Shown piece after piece: positions 38,420 through 46,791 of a stretch of 64,000 nt of DNA. The notes under the pieces are model-generated. The model did no database searches. It was not told the origin of the DNA and saw only the letters and a list, made by a program, of their open reading frames with translations. The DNA comes from a virus. The first letter of the stretch is position 1. The number at the start of each line of letters is the position of its first letter. A program made the translations under genes and the position numbers. The DNA is taken from positions 64,001 to 128,000 of the IMG/VR virus record IMGVR_UViG_3300027896_000014; one strand, 5' to 3'.

Positions 38420-38878
38420 TTATGCACTCTGGAGGAAGTTGCTGTTGTTAGCCTTGACTTCCGGCCTTGGATATGCCTCGAACCAGGGTCTCCACATCAT
38501 GGAGCCTCCACCACTATTAGCGGTGAACACCAATTCATCGCCAGCATTGAGCTTTACGGGAGCAACGACTACTACTCCGGCAACTGTGGAGTGACAATTC
38601 TTCCAGACAATCTTCCCTAATGGAGTCAGGGTCGGAATGGTGATTACAGCCACCGCCGTTGCCGTTGCATCACCACCGGTGCCTGGAATCAATCTCCTGG
38701 TGACGGTAATGATAGCAGCAGCTGTATCAAGTGTAACCAGGATCTTGGCCCCGACTGCAAAAAGATCGCAGGCCTGATTTACCCTGCAAAGAACCACTGC
38801 GCTTGCGGCAAAAGTGCCAACATCAGCTGATACCACTGCTTCGTTAATCGCCTGAATTTTTGAATCGGTATAAGCCAT
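38420..38878 (-). CDS. putative capsid decoration protein
   Basis: Beta-rich, 152 aa, directly after the MCP. Confidence 0.6.
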   Translation of the reverse strand: MAYTDSKIQAINEAVVSADVGTFAASAVVLCRVNQACDLFAVGAKILVTLDTAAAIITVTRRLIPGTGGDATATAVAVITIPTLTPLGKIVWKNCHSTVAGVVVVAPVKLNAGDELVFTANSGGGSMMWRPWFEAYPRPEVKANNSNFLQSA

Positions 38879-38981
38879 TTTTTGTTACCTCCTTGTTTTT
38901 GAACTACATTAAATTCATGTTGGGAAATAGGATGGGCCATATTCGACCCATCCCTATAACTAATCGCTACGCAGATGCGTA

Positions 38982-39941
38982 TTACGAGCTGGAAATATAG
39001 CAACCTTTTACCTTACCAGCTGTCGCTGTAAGGGGCCAAACGAGTCCGAGGCCAATGACTCCGTACCAGGCCGCTGAATTTAATCGCCCATGATCCTGTC
39101 CGAAGTTGACCTGCACTCTGACCTCCGGCGTTTCCGCCTCGATCATGGCTGCGAAGTCGTCTCCGAAGATGATCCCCTCACCAAGAACCGATCCTGTCCC
39201 CTTGTTGTTGGCGAGACAGATCGTATCCTTGATCTCGATACACCGGATGCTCTCAATCTTTCCAACCTCGGAGTTGTGGAAGACATCCCCTTCACGGAGA
39301 TATTGCTTCCAGGTTTCAAAGTTATCGTCATTCTTGACCCCCCTCATCGCCTTTGTGGCGAGCAACCCAATATAGTCATCACCCTCATAGGGATCGACGA
39401 TATAGGTGTCAGAAAAGGCATCCCTAATTGCTCCCAGGTGAGCGATGTTTACGTTCACAAGAGCCGGTGTGTCGGGTGCTGCAACTGCCGAGAAGGCTCC
39501 ACCAGTCAGAGATGTCGGTTGATAGACGAGGTAGGTGGTCTTCATAACGGTTGCCGCAAGTCGGTCCAGAGCCTTTGTCATCTGCTTTCTGAGGGCCTTC
39601 TGAATCGGGTCCTGCGGGTCGAATTTTCCAAGTAACTGGCTCATGTGGCTAAACGTCACCGCACGGCCATACTCTGCCACGGTAATCGCCGTGGTGGACA
39701 AAGCAAAGTCATCCACGGGGATCCGATCGTGCTCCGAAAGAGCAGCACTTGTGGGCTGGGTCAAAAGATCAGCCCGGGTAAGGGTTTGTGACTCGCCGCG
39801 TTTCTTCCCGAAGCCAGGTTCGGTCCTGACGAAATCCATGAACTTGGACTCGACAATAGACTGTTCCCGAAGCTTCGCGCTCAAAGCATTATTCTTGTAG
39901 ACGCCTGTGGGAGCACTGAACTCCCAGGTGAAGTCTGCCAT
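38982..39941 (-). CDS. major capsid protein (HK97 fold, N4 gp56-like)
   Basis: GKKRGES, ITVAEYGRAV, SEVGKIESIRCIE, QDHGR...AWYG; follows the scaffold. Confidence 0.9.
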   Translation of the reverse strand: MADFTWEFSAPTGVYKNNALSAKLREQSIVESKFMDFVRTEPGFGKKRGESQTLTRADLLTQPTSAALSEHDRIPVDDFALSTTAITVAEYGRAVTFSHMSQLLGKFDPQDPIQKALRKQMTKALDRLAATVMKTTYLVYQPTSLTGGAFSAVAAPDTPALVNVNIAHLGAIRDAFSDTYIVDPYEGDDYIGLLATKAMRGVKNDDNFETWKQYLREGDVFHNSEVGKIESIRCIEIKDTICLANNKGTGSVLGEGIIFGDDFAAMIEAETPEVRVQVNFGQDHGRLNSAAWYGVIGLGLVWPLTATAGKVKGCYISSS

Positions 39942-39954
39942 GGTTTATTCCTCC

Positions 39955-40989
39955 TTATGGTGAGTGACGGAGTTTCCTCCTTTCCAGAGCTGCTCGTTGA
40001 GCATCGCCCATCGTATGAGAGGCCTCCGGTTCTTTTTTGGTTGTTACCTTCGCACCGCGCCCGATAACTTCGAGATTCTCTTGATTCTCCTTTTCCTTAC
40101 GGGCACGTTCCCTTTCCTCGCCTCTGAGTTCATCAACGAAGTCTTTGCATAACTTGGCGGTTTCTTTGATCTGGTCTTCCATAGGAAGTGATTTTGAGAC
40201 GTCCGTCGAGAAGTCCCAGAACAGTCGAAGAATACGTTCCTTCTCCTTCGGACTGGTCTTGTCAGAAATCAATCCAGCCTCTTCCAGGGCAGTGTCAACA
40301 GCGGATATAACGGCCTCCTTGTTTCTCTTGGCTTCTTCACGCTCCTCGAATGCGAGATTGGCAATCTCGGTTTGTGCATCGGCCCAAACAAGGGCTACCT
40401 TTCCGTTATATTCCCCCATCTTCTTCTGGTAGTCGGCCCACTTGGTATCAAACTCCGGATCCTCTCGATCCTGTGGCGGTACGGGAGATGGTATGGCTGC
40501 GGCCTTGGCAATGGTATCATCGGCAATCTTCTGACGTTTCACATCCCATGGGTTTTCGGCAGCGGCTGTGACCGGGGCTTTACTGGCGGCTTCGTCCACG
40601 CGCTTTTGAAGATCTGAAACAACGGTTTCCAGCTTCTTAGCCTTTGTGGTAGCCTCCGTCATCTTCTTTTTGGCTTCTTTGACAGCCTTCTCGGCGGCTG
40701 CTTGGTCCTTGTACTCGAGCTGGGTTTCTTCGTCTGTCTTTCCCTTGTCTTCACCTTCCACCTTCGCCAGCTCTTCAGCCGCTCGATCCTCCTCAGCCTT
40801 TTTCTGCCTTGCCTTTTTTTCCTCCACTTCCTTTTCGACCGCTTCTGCGCCTATTTCTCCGTGTTCGGGAGATCCCTTAAACTTGGCTTCGGACGAATCC
40901 TCACCGGGGCCCTTGCCAGTCGTGATCTCCTCCTCTTCCTCGTACCCGTCGTCCAGATTCAAATCTTTTGCCGTCAATTGCTTTCCCAT
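39955..40989 (-). CDS. capsid scaffolding protein
   Basis: Acidic N-terminus and coiled coil upstream of the MCP; likely ATG 40989 (RBS GAGGG). Confidence 0.75.
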   Translation of the reverse strand: MGKQLTAKDLNLDDGYEEEEEITTGKGPGEDSSEAKFKGSPEHGEIGAEAVEKEVEEKKARQKKAEEDRAAEELAKVEGEDKGKTDEETQLEYKDQAAAEKAVKEAKKKMTEATTKAKKLETVVSDLQKRVDEAASKAPVTAAAENPWDVKRQKIADDTIAKAAAIPSPVPPQDREDPEFDTKWADYQKKMGEYNGKVALVWADAQTEIANLAFEEREEAKRNKEAVISAVDTALEEAGLISDKTSPKEKERILRLFWDFSTDVSKSLPMEDQIKETAKLCKDFVDELRGEERERARKEKENQENLEVIGRGAKVTTKKEPEASHTMGDAQRAALERRKLRHSP

Positions 40990-41106
40990 CGTTTTCACCC
41001 TCTCCAAGAATCCCTTTAAGGGGTTGGAGCCTTTCTTGTATTTCCAAGTGCGAATCCTTATACGCATTTGCGTATTCAGGGGCACTGTGGATGCTGTGTG
41101 GGCAAC

Positions 41107-41195
41107 AAAAAAGGCGGTCAAACATGAGTGTCGTGGCACCCACGAATGCCGCCTTTTTCCAGTATGTCTGCCCGCTAAGTGATCAGCTTAGGGGG
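41107..41195 (-). promoter_or_regulatory. structured leader / attenuator upstream of scaffold-MCP
   Basis: Hairpin CTAAG-CTGATCA-CTTAG, then AAAAAGGCGG...CCGCCTTTTTT terminator-like stem. Confidence 0.6.
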
Positions 41196-41227
41196 TTGCC
41201 TTTTTATTTCCTATCCAAATCTATATA

Positions 41228-41306
41228 TGGTAGCGGGGGTTAGATTTGAACTAACGAATTTTCTGGGTATGAGCCAGACGCCCTAACCAGACTGGGCCAC
41301 CCCGCA
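41228..41306 (-). tRNA. tRNA-Met(CAT), initiator-like
   Basis: Full cloverleaf TGCGGGG...TCTGG CTCATAC CCAGA...GTTAG TTCAAAT CTAAC CCCCGCT ACCA; 1:72 mismatch. Confidence 0.9.
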
Positions 41307-41323
41307 TTTTTCTAAATACTTTG

Positions 41324-41352
41324 TTGACACGTCCCTTCATTACTGATATATT
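41324..41352 (+). promoter_or_regulatory. sigma70 promoter for the antisense HNH gene
   Basis: TTGACA-17 bp-TATATT with an extended TG. Confidence 0.75.
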
Positions 41353-41379
41353 TAATAAAATCCATAACAAGGAGAATTT

Positions 41380-41973
41380 ATGCTTACACTTAAAGGAAGG
41401 CAGCTCGGCGGCAGGGCCGCCAATAAAGTTTGTTACGAACGTGCCAAAGTACTGTATTACGCCTCTCCAAATCACTGCCAATACTGCGGTAAAATAATTC
41501 AAATAGTGAGAGTAATTCAAGAAGCTCGAAGAAAGAAATTTTGTAATAAGTCTTGTGTGGCTTCCTTTCAGCATGAGAAGTTTAGGAACCGCCCGATTGC
41601 CCCTAACCGCATTTGTCCAGATTGCGGAGGTAAAAAGGAAAAAGCGAGTAACAAAAGATGCTTGGCTTGTTACCGTCTCAGCCACCGTATGAGTCCAGAA
41701 AGAACCAAGGCATCTTTGATTTCTGGAAGGAAGACTTGGCAATCCTTTAGAAACGCCATCTCCAAACACGCCCGATTGGTATTTCTTGAAGCCAATATTA
41801 AAAAGTCTTGCTATGTGTGCGACTATGACAAACATACGGACGTTGCCCATAATAAACGTGTCTCGGAGTTTCCGGACAGTGCTACGATAGCCGAAATAAA
41901 TTCCTTGGATAACCTTTTTGCACTTTGCCCGAACCACCATTTCGAACATGATCATGGTCTCCTAAAACTTTAA
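41380..41973 (+). CDS. HNH endonuclease with Zn fingers
   Basis: CQYCG..KFCNKSC; CPDC..CLAC; CYVC...DVAH...N...NL..LCPNHH. Confidence 0.85.
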   Translation: MLTLKGRQLGGRAANKVCYERAKVLYYASPNHCQYCGKIIQIVRVIQEARRKKFCNKSCVASFQHEKFRNRPIAPNRICPDCGGKKEKASNKRCLACYRLSHRMSPERTKASLISGRKTWQSFRNAISKHARLVFLEANIKKSCYVCDYDKHTDVAHNKRVSEFPDSATIAEINSLDNLFALCPNHHFEHDHGLLKL

Positions 41974-41982
41974 TCCCGCAAT

Positions 41983-42339
41983 CTATTCTATATTTGGTAT
42001 TTCCCTTGCCTGCCTTCCCAATCTTATCCGCGTCAACCTTTTGGCTGCCGCCTCTCCAATCTGGATATCTCGTCCAAGTTTATCAAGCATTCGAATGCAT
42101 GTCTGAGTTCGAGGATTAGTATTCACAAATTCCTCTATTAGTTGCTGGAGTTCCTCTTCGACCATAGCCACAAAAAACTTTCCGGCCCTCGTCTTTAGCT
42201 TCTGTTCGGCCTCTATGCCAGCAGAGGCATCCGCTTCAAGCTGGCCCTCCAATAGTTTTTCTCTCTCTGTAGGACTACGATCTCTTGGCCTTCCACTTCT
42301 AATATCAACCGCCATCCCGCCAATGATGATATCGCTCAT
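41983..42339 (-). CDS. hypothetical head-region protein
   Basis: Helical, 118 aa, between portal and scaffold. Confidence 0.65.
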   Translation of the reverse strand: MSDIIIGGMAVDIRSGRPRDRSPTEREKLLEGQLEADASAGIEAEQKLKTRAGKFFVAMVEEELQQLIEEFVNTNPRTQTCIRMLDKLGRDIQIGEAAAKRLTRIRLGRQAREIPNIE

Positions 42340-42581
42340 TTCTTCCTCTTCTTGGTCGGTGCATACGAACTCAGAGACGATCCCTGACCGATTGATGGAA
42401 ATTTGGCCTTTACCGCAGCTCTAACCCTACCCGCAACCGGTTTACCAGAGGCGCGAGCCAATGCGTTCTTACCATGTGCAATATCAGGAATCGGATAGGA
42501 CCCTGCCCCTGGAGCCTTGCTCGGTATTGCGAATTGACTCTTGGAAAGTCTTTTTCTTTCGGAATAACTTAGCTTTGCCAT
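42336..42581 (-). CDS. small basic phage protein
   Basis: RKRLSKSQFAIP...YPIPDIAHGKNALAR; C-terminal SLSSYAP. Confidence 0.75.
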   Translation of the reverse strand: MAKLSYSERKRLSKSQFAIPSKAPGAGSYPIPDIAHGKNALARASGKPVAGRVRAAVKAKFPSIGQGSSLSSYAPTKKRKK

Positions 42582-42607
42582 TTCATTCCTCCTGAGGAAT
42601 ATTGAAA

Positions 42608-42901
42608 TTAAACAGGAACTCGCCTCATCCTTTTTTTCGCCCTCTTTGCCTTCTTGCCTCCCGCCGGCATAAATCCCGCCAAAGGCGTACCCTTCATTTT
42701 CATAACCTTTGATCTCCCGGGAGAGACAGGCCCCCCTTTAGCCCTTGGAGTTAATGGAACATCTCTCCACGGACGTGGACCTATCCATGGACGAGCAACC
42801 CCGCCTTGTGCAACACGTTCTCCCTTGCCGTAGGGCACCTTTGGCTTAGGAGCGGTAATGCCTGCGGCCTCTTCCATTTTTTCAATATAGCTTTTCGCCA
42901 T
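42608..42901 (-). CDS. small basic protein
   Basis: K/R/P-rich; RAKGGPV and PLAGFMP motifs. Confidence 0.65.
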   Translation of the reverse strand: MAKSYIEKMEEAAGITAPKPKVPYGKGERVAQGGVARPWIGPRPWRDVPLTPRAKGGPVSPGRSKVMKMKGTPLAGFMPAGGKKAKRAKKRMRRVPV

Positions 42902-42923
42902 CGTCTTTTCCCTTCACTTAAAA

Positions 42924-43172
42924 TTAGACTGCAAGCCTCTTCTGGCCCTTCTTCCCCCGCTTAGACTTGGGTGAAGGCATGAACGCAGAAAGCGGCCTTC
43001 CCTTCATCTTCAATGGAGACGTGGTTGCTCTCCTGGTTCCGGGTGGAGGTCCCATCCCGGGTGCCACAGGTGCCACGGGTGGAATTCCAGTCCTCGGTCC
43101 AGGTCCAACCATCTGTTTTGGCATTGACTTCATTTTCTTAGTATCAAAAGGATCTCCTTTTCCTCTAGCCAT
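42924..43172 (-). CDS. small basic protein
   Basis: Likely ATG 43172 (RBS GGAGG); PLSAFMP motif. Confidence 0.65.
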   Translation of the reverse strand: MARGKGDPFDTKKMKSMPKQMVGPGPRTGIPPVAPVAPGMGPPPGTRRATTSPLKMKGRPLSAFMPSPKSKRGKKGQKRLAV

Positions 43173-43174
43173 AA

Positions 43175-43387
43175 TTACCTCCCTTTCTTTTTTTTTGGTG
43201 TGAACGAGCTTAATGGAACTCCCCTTTGTTTTCGCCATCCACCTTTGGGAGTAATTCCATGCTCCTTCATGTTTAAAAGTCTCTCTTGTGCAAGAGCTTT
43301 TTTCTTGGTTGTACTCTTGCTTTTTACGCCCGAAGGCGTACTGACTCTATACCCATCAATCTTTTTGACTCTAACTGGGCTCATCAA
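43175..43387 (-). CDS. small basic protein
   Basis: TTKKKALAQERLL..KEHG; PLSSFTP motif. Confidence 0.65.
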   Translation of the reverse strand: MMSPVRVKKIDGYRVSTPSGVKSKSTTKKKALAQERLLNMKEHGITPKGGWRKQRGVPLSSFTPKKKKGR

Positions 43388-43879
43388 AAATCCTCCCTGT
43401 TTGATTTAGTTCCTTTACTTGTTGCCATAATTTTTCTTCAATGCCAGTATAGGTATTTTTGCTACTACCCTTCATAAATTTACCCTGACCATCTTTTAAA
43501 ATAACTTTATTTTCAATCGCTTTTTTTCTAATATCGCAAAATTCTATAACCAATTGTGCCTGCTTTTTCTTTATCTTTAAATGGGGTTGTATCACTCTTA
43601 AAAAGTTCGATACTGTTTTATTCCCGTAAAATCCCCATCTATATACAGGCTTATGATTATTATTTTGTGCTTACTTATTCCGTTACTTCCACCGAAAAAA
43701 ATTCTAATAAAATCAACCGCCTCTGGTTGGGCTTGGGTAACTACGACCATCGGCTTATAATTTTCAGTTATACTACCTCTACGTCTATTCTCTTTTTGCC
43801 TTCCCAATCCAACATATCCATCACTATCAATAACCCCAGCGATGTATCCTAAGTCTTCAGGATTGATCTTTACTGGCAT
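43371..43879 (-). pseudogene. LAGLIDADG homing endonuclease, frameshifted
   Basis: YIAGVIDSDG in the first ORF; a -1 shift at CACAAAATAATAAT continues as HKPVYRWGFYG...FLRVIQPHLKIKKKQAQLVIEFC. Confidence 0.8.
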
Positions 43880-43882
43880 ATC

Positions 43883-44206
43883 TCACCTCGCTTGAAAATT
43901 CCTCACTCCAATATTTCCACGACTCACCAACCTCATCGGTCTCCAGATAGGTAATGACCGCACTTGCCCATCGGTGTTTCGCATCTTCATCACCCGGTCA
44001 AATTTTGGTTTCTCTTTGGACAGATTAGATAAATCCTCTTTTTCCTTTTCCCTTTGGAGCTGAGTAAGAGTAAGAAGCAAACGGTCCAGTTGATTATTGT
44101 TCGCCCCGTCCGTGCTTGTCGTGGAGCCGGCGCTCGGCAAATAAGTGGCCGTGGTCCGGTCCGATGTTACTATGTATAGAGGCACCATCTTCTTCCTCCC
44201 CTCCAT
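43883..44206 (-). CDS. hypothetical protein
   Basis: ORF fills the operon gap. Confidence 0.5.
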   Translation of the reverse strand: MEGRKKMVPLYIVTSDRTTATYLPSAGSTTSTDGANNNQLDRLLLTLTQLQREKEKEDLSNLSKEKPKFDRVMKMRNTDGQVRSLPIWRPMRLVSRGNIGVRNFQAR

Positions 44207-44229
44207 TGGAGTATATTACTTGAAATACC

Positions 44230-44994
44230 TCACTTATAATAAATCGTGACGTAGGCCGTGCCACCAATTGGGTAATAATGTGCTGTCACACCCCCGTCGT
44301 TCAAATTGGATGTGCCTTCTACAAACCCTCCAGATACCGTTGACATCACGGTGACGTATCCCATGTCTGCCGATGATGCCGGGAGAGCTGATAGGGCTGC
44401 GATAGCAAGAGCTTCGGAGTCATAACCGGTCCCGTTGGCCGATCCAGGGGTTACAGTTATTGTTCCGGCAGCAACGATTGAAAATCTGTAGATACCCCAT
44501 TTGTTTTGAGGGATAGTCCCTACTGCCAGAGCAGTTCCGGCTGCCGCACCTTTCGAATATCCCGTTCCTGCAATATTGAAGTTAAAAGCACCATTCGCTA
44601 CAGTCGTTGTCGGGCTCCCGATAGCCAGAGCGGTCCCTCCTGGTGCCCCAGCCAAGGTTAGAGTAACCACGCACCCCTCGAAGATTGGATAGTCAGCATC
44701 ATTCGTCTCACCAGCTTCCCTATCCTTTAGCAAAGCAGGAGGTGAAATCTGATTTTGCGTTAAAGATGACTTAACATACATCGTGTTACCGTTTGGGTCG
44801 GCAACTTTGAATTCTGTCGCAACCGTATTTGCCCAGTTTGGGATCTCGATCAGAGTTACGACCGCTTTCCCAGGAGATACCGAATAACTGGGAGGACCGA
44901 CTCCCCCTTTGATGATAAAGTTTTTTGTGGTGTCAGTCGGAACAAACACCAATGCGTGCCTTGGAATATCCCGAAGTCTTTTATTGGCGCCCAT
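44230..44994 (-). CDS. putative virion structural protein
   Basis: G/T/A-rich beta protein; RBS GGAGG. Confidence 0.6.
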   Translation of the reverse strand: MGANKRLRDIPRHALVFVPTDTTKNFIIKGGVGPPSYSVSPGKAVVTLIEIPNWANTVATEFKVADPNGNTMYVKSSLTQNQISPPALLKDREAGETNDADYPIFEGCVVTLTLAGAPGGTALAIGSPTTTVANGAFNFNIAGTGYSKGAAAGTALAVGTIPQNKWGIYRFSIVAAGTITVTPGSANGTGYDSEALAIAALSALPASSADMGYVTVMSTVSGGFVEGTSNLNDGGVTAHYYPIGGTAYVTIYYK

Positions 44995-45003
44995 TTTTGC
45001 CTC

Positions 45004-45363
45004 CTATTTTATTGAAGCCATACCCTGATTCTTCCCACCATACCAATCTTGTTTTCCCCAAAATTGGTCGGCCCTTCCGCAACTAACTATGAACTCTAAA
45101 ACGTTGGCGATATTGTGAGTAGCATCGGAGAGAAATTTAAACAGGATACAATGTGTTTTCTTCAAGTCTCCGAGAATCCTACAGATAATAAACCACTCGA
45201 ACATCTCGTGGACCGCCACACCAATCTGTTTCAATTTCTCCTGGCCAGGAGTCCATATGTAAATGTCGCCTCCGGATGTCCACCAGCCCATTTCCTCACT
45301 GAGCCATGCCTCCTGATATTCGTCCTTGAAGTATTGATCTTGATCGGTAAAGATGAATTTCAA
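45004..45363 (-). CDS. small zincin-like (HExxE...H) protein
   Basis: GVAVHEMFEW...ATHNIA. Confidence 0.55.
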   Translation of the reverse strand: MKFIFTDQDQYFKDEYQEAWLSEEMGWWTSGGDIYIWTPGQEKLKQIGVAVHEMFEWFIICRILGDLKKTHCILFKFLSDATHNIANVLEFIVSCGRADQFWGKQDWYGGKNQGMASIK

Positions 45364-45372
45364 GTTTCCCCC

Positions 45373-46791
45373 CTAAAACCTAAAGTCGTCTCCCTTCATG
45401 GCATTCACTTCTTTGATAATTTGAAGCACGTCCGTCTCGAACTTTGCAGGAAAGGAGCTATTGGCCATTTCGATCTGGGAAGCAATCTTACTGGCCGCAT
45501 CTACTGCGGCTTTCGGAGTTTTCCCGTATCCCATCGCCGTCGCTACGACGTGATCACCCGGATCGAACCAATGGTCTCCTGCCTTTTGTACGATACGCCT
45601 GAATCCCATGTCTTTTCTTATTTCTTTCGGGAAATGAATCACTTCCCACGTCTTAATGTCATCGGTATAAACTCCGACCTGGGTGACATAGCCGGGCTCC
45701 ACTTCCGCTCGGACGTTCTGACCGGCCGCAATCTTATAGGTATATTCTGGAAAGTTCTTTATGTATCTTGACTGAATCGCACCGCAGGGCCAGGCATCAC
45801 GAGACGTTGGATCGTGGACTCTAACTTTCTTTCCGTCCCAAAAGAACTCAAAGCTGATATTGCCGTGATAACCGGATTTGATGAGAGAAGGCTTTATTTT
45901 GTTTAGGATATGCTCATCGATCCCATTCTCCTCCACCCAAACTCCGATTGTTCCCTCTCCTTTCACTTCTATCGTGTAGAGGAAAGGCCGGATATAATCC
46001 CTTCCATTGAAACCGACATCGACACCCAATTCTTTGCCTGGGCATGATCGCTGAATCAAAATCTCAAGGTCCTCACGGAATGGCCCAAAACCGGCCTGTT
46101 CGAGCGCCACGGCCATCTGTACTCGATTTTTCACGCCCTTCCCTGTCTCTTTATTGCCTCTATACTCTCCAACTTTTGGGAAGAAGAGAGTCTTGCCATC
46201 GGTGTGTTTATCCATGTACTCAAAAGCCTCATCAAAACCATGGACAACATCTCCATCGGGGACGCCGACGCCCATCTCTTGAAGCCGCTGCCATCCCTTC
46301 ACACGGTTATTTTCATTCTCGGTCCACCAGAAGGAAGGACCATAAACGATTTTCCCCTCATCACGCCAGATATCGGCATCCTTCCCGAAACAACAATCCG
46401 AGATATAAATAAAATCCTTTTGGGCAGCTTCCATCATGCTGTGGATCTTGTGAAGCCCCTTAAAGCCATATCCCGAGATTTGGTTCTCGATCGACGGGTA
46501 GGCTGCGGCACCGGCAATAAAGTAATACACTTCAAACTCCCTCATGAGTGCCAGGGCGTGATCAATCCCTAAATTGGTGTCGATGAAGCCAACGGTCCGT
46601 GGCATTCCATGTTCCCGCTTAGGCATAGAAATAGCCTTGGTCGCTTTTGCCGTCTGATAATTGGCGATTTCTGCATAGGAATATCCCTCTTTGTGTGCCT
46701 CTTCGACCTTAAAACCCGTAAATCCAGCGAGATAAAAGGCTATCTCCCGGTATGAATGACCCTCTTTTCTTTGGGCCTCGACATCGTACAT
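45373..46791 (-). CDS. PurD-like ATP-grasp ligase with an ejection-protein-like N-terminal tag
   Basis: VYGPS...ENNR...GVGVP, FFPK, LIQR..PGKELGV, GYHGNISFE...VHDPTSR. Confidence 0.75.
   Translation of the reverse strand: MYDVEAQRKEGHSYREIAFYLAGFTGFKVEEAHKEGYSYAEIANYQTAKATKAISMPKREHGMPRTVGFIDTNLGIDHALALMREFEVYYFIAGAAAYPSIENQISGYGFKGLHKIHSMMEAAQKDFIYISDCCFGKDADIWRDEGKIVYGPSFWWTENENNRVKGWQRLQEMGVGVPDGDVVHGFDEAFEYMDKHTDGKTLFFPKVGEYRGNKETGKGVKNRVQMAVALEQAGFGPFREDLEILIQRSCPGKELGVDVGFNGRDYIRPFLYTIEVKGEGTIGVWVEENGIDEHILNKIKPSLIKSGYHGNISFEFFWDGKKVRVHDPTSRDAWPCGAIQSRYIKNFPEYTYKIAAGQNVRAEVEPGYVTQVGVYTDDIKTWEVIHFPKEIRKDMGFRRIVQKAGDHWFDPGDHVVATAMGYGKTPKAAVDAASKIASQIEMANSSFPAKFETDVLQIIKEVNAMKGDDFRF

Noticed and set aside
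39955-41139. Extended 394-aa scaffold start
   Set aside because: The extension runs through the structured leader; ATG 40989 has the RBS.
41251-41955. 234-aa minus-strand ORF
   Set aside because: Shadow of the HNH gene, and it overlaps the tRNA.
22004-43340. 16-bp variants TACGCTGAGGAGCGTA (22004) and TACGCCCGAAGGCGTA (43325) of the dispersed palindrome
   Set aside because: Different spacing and both are in coding sequence; cannot be separated from chance.
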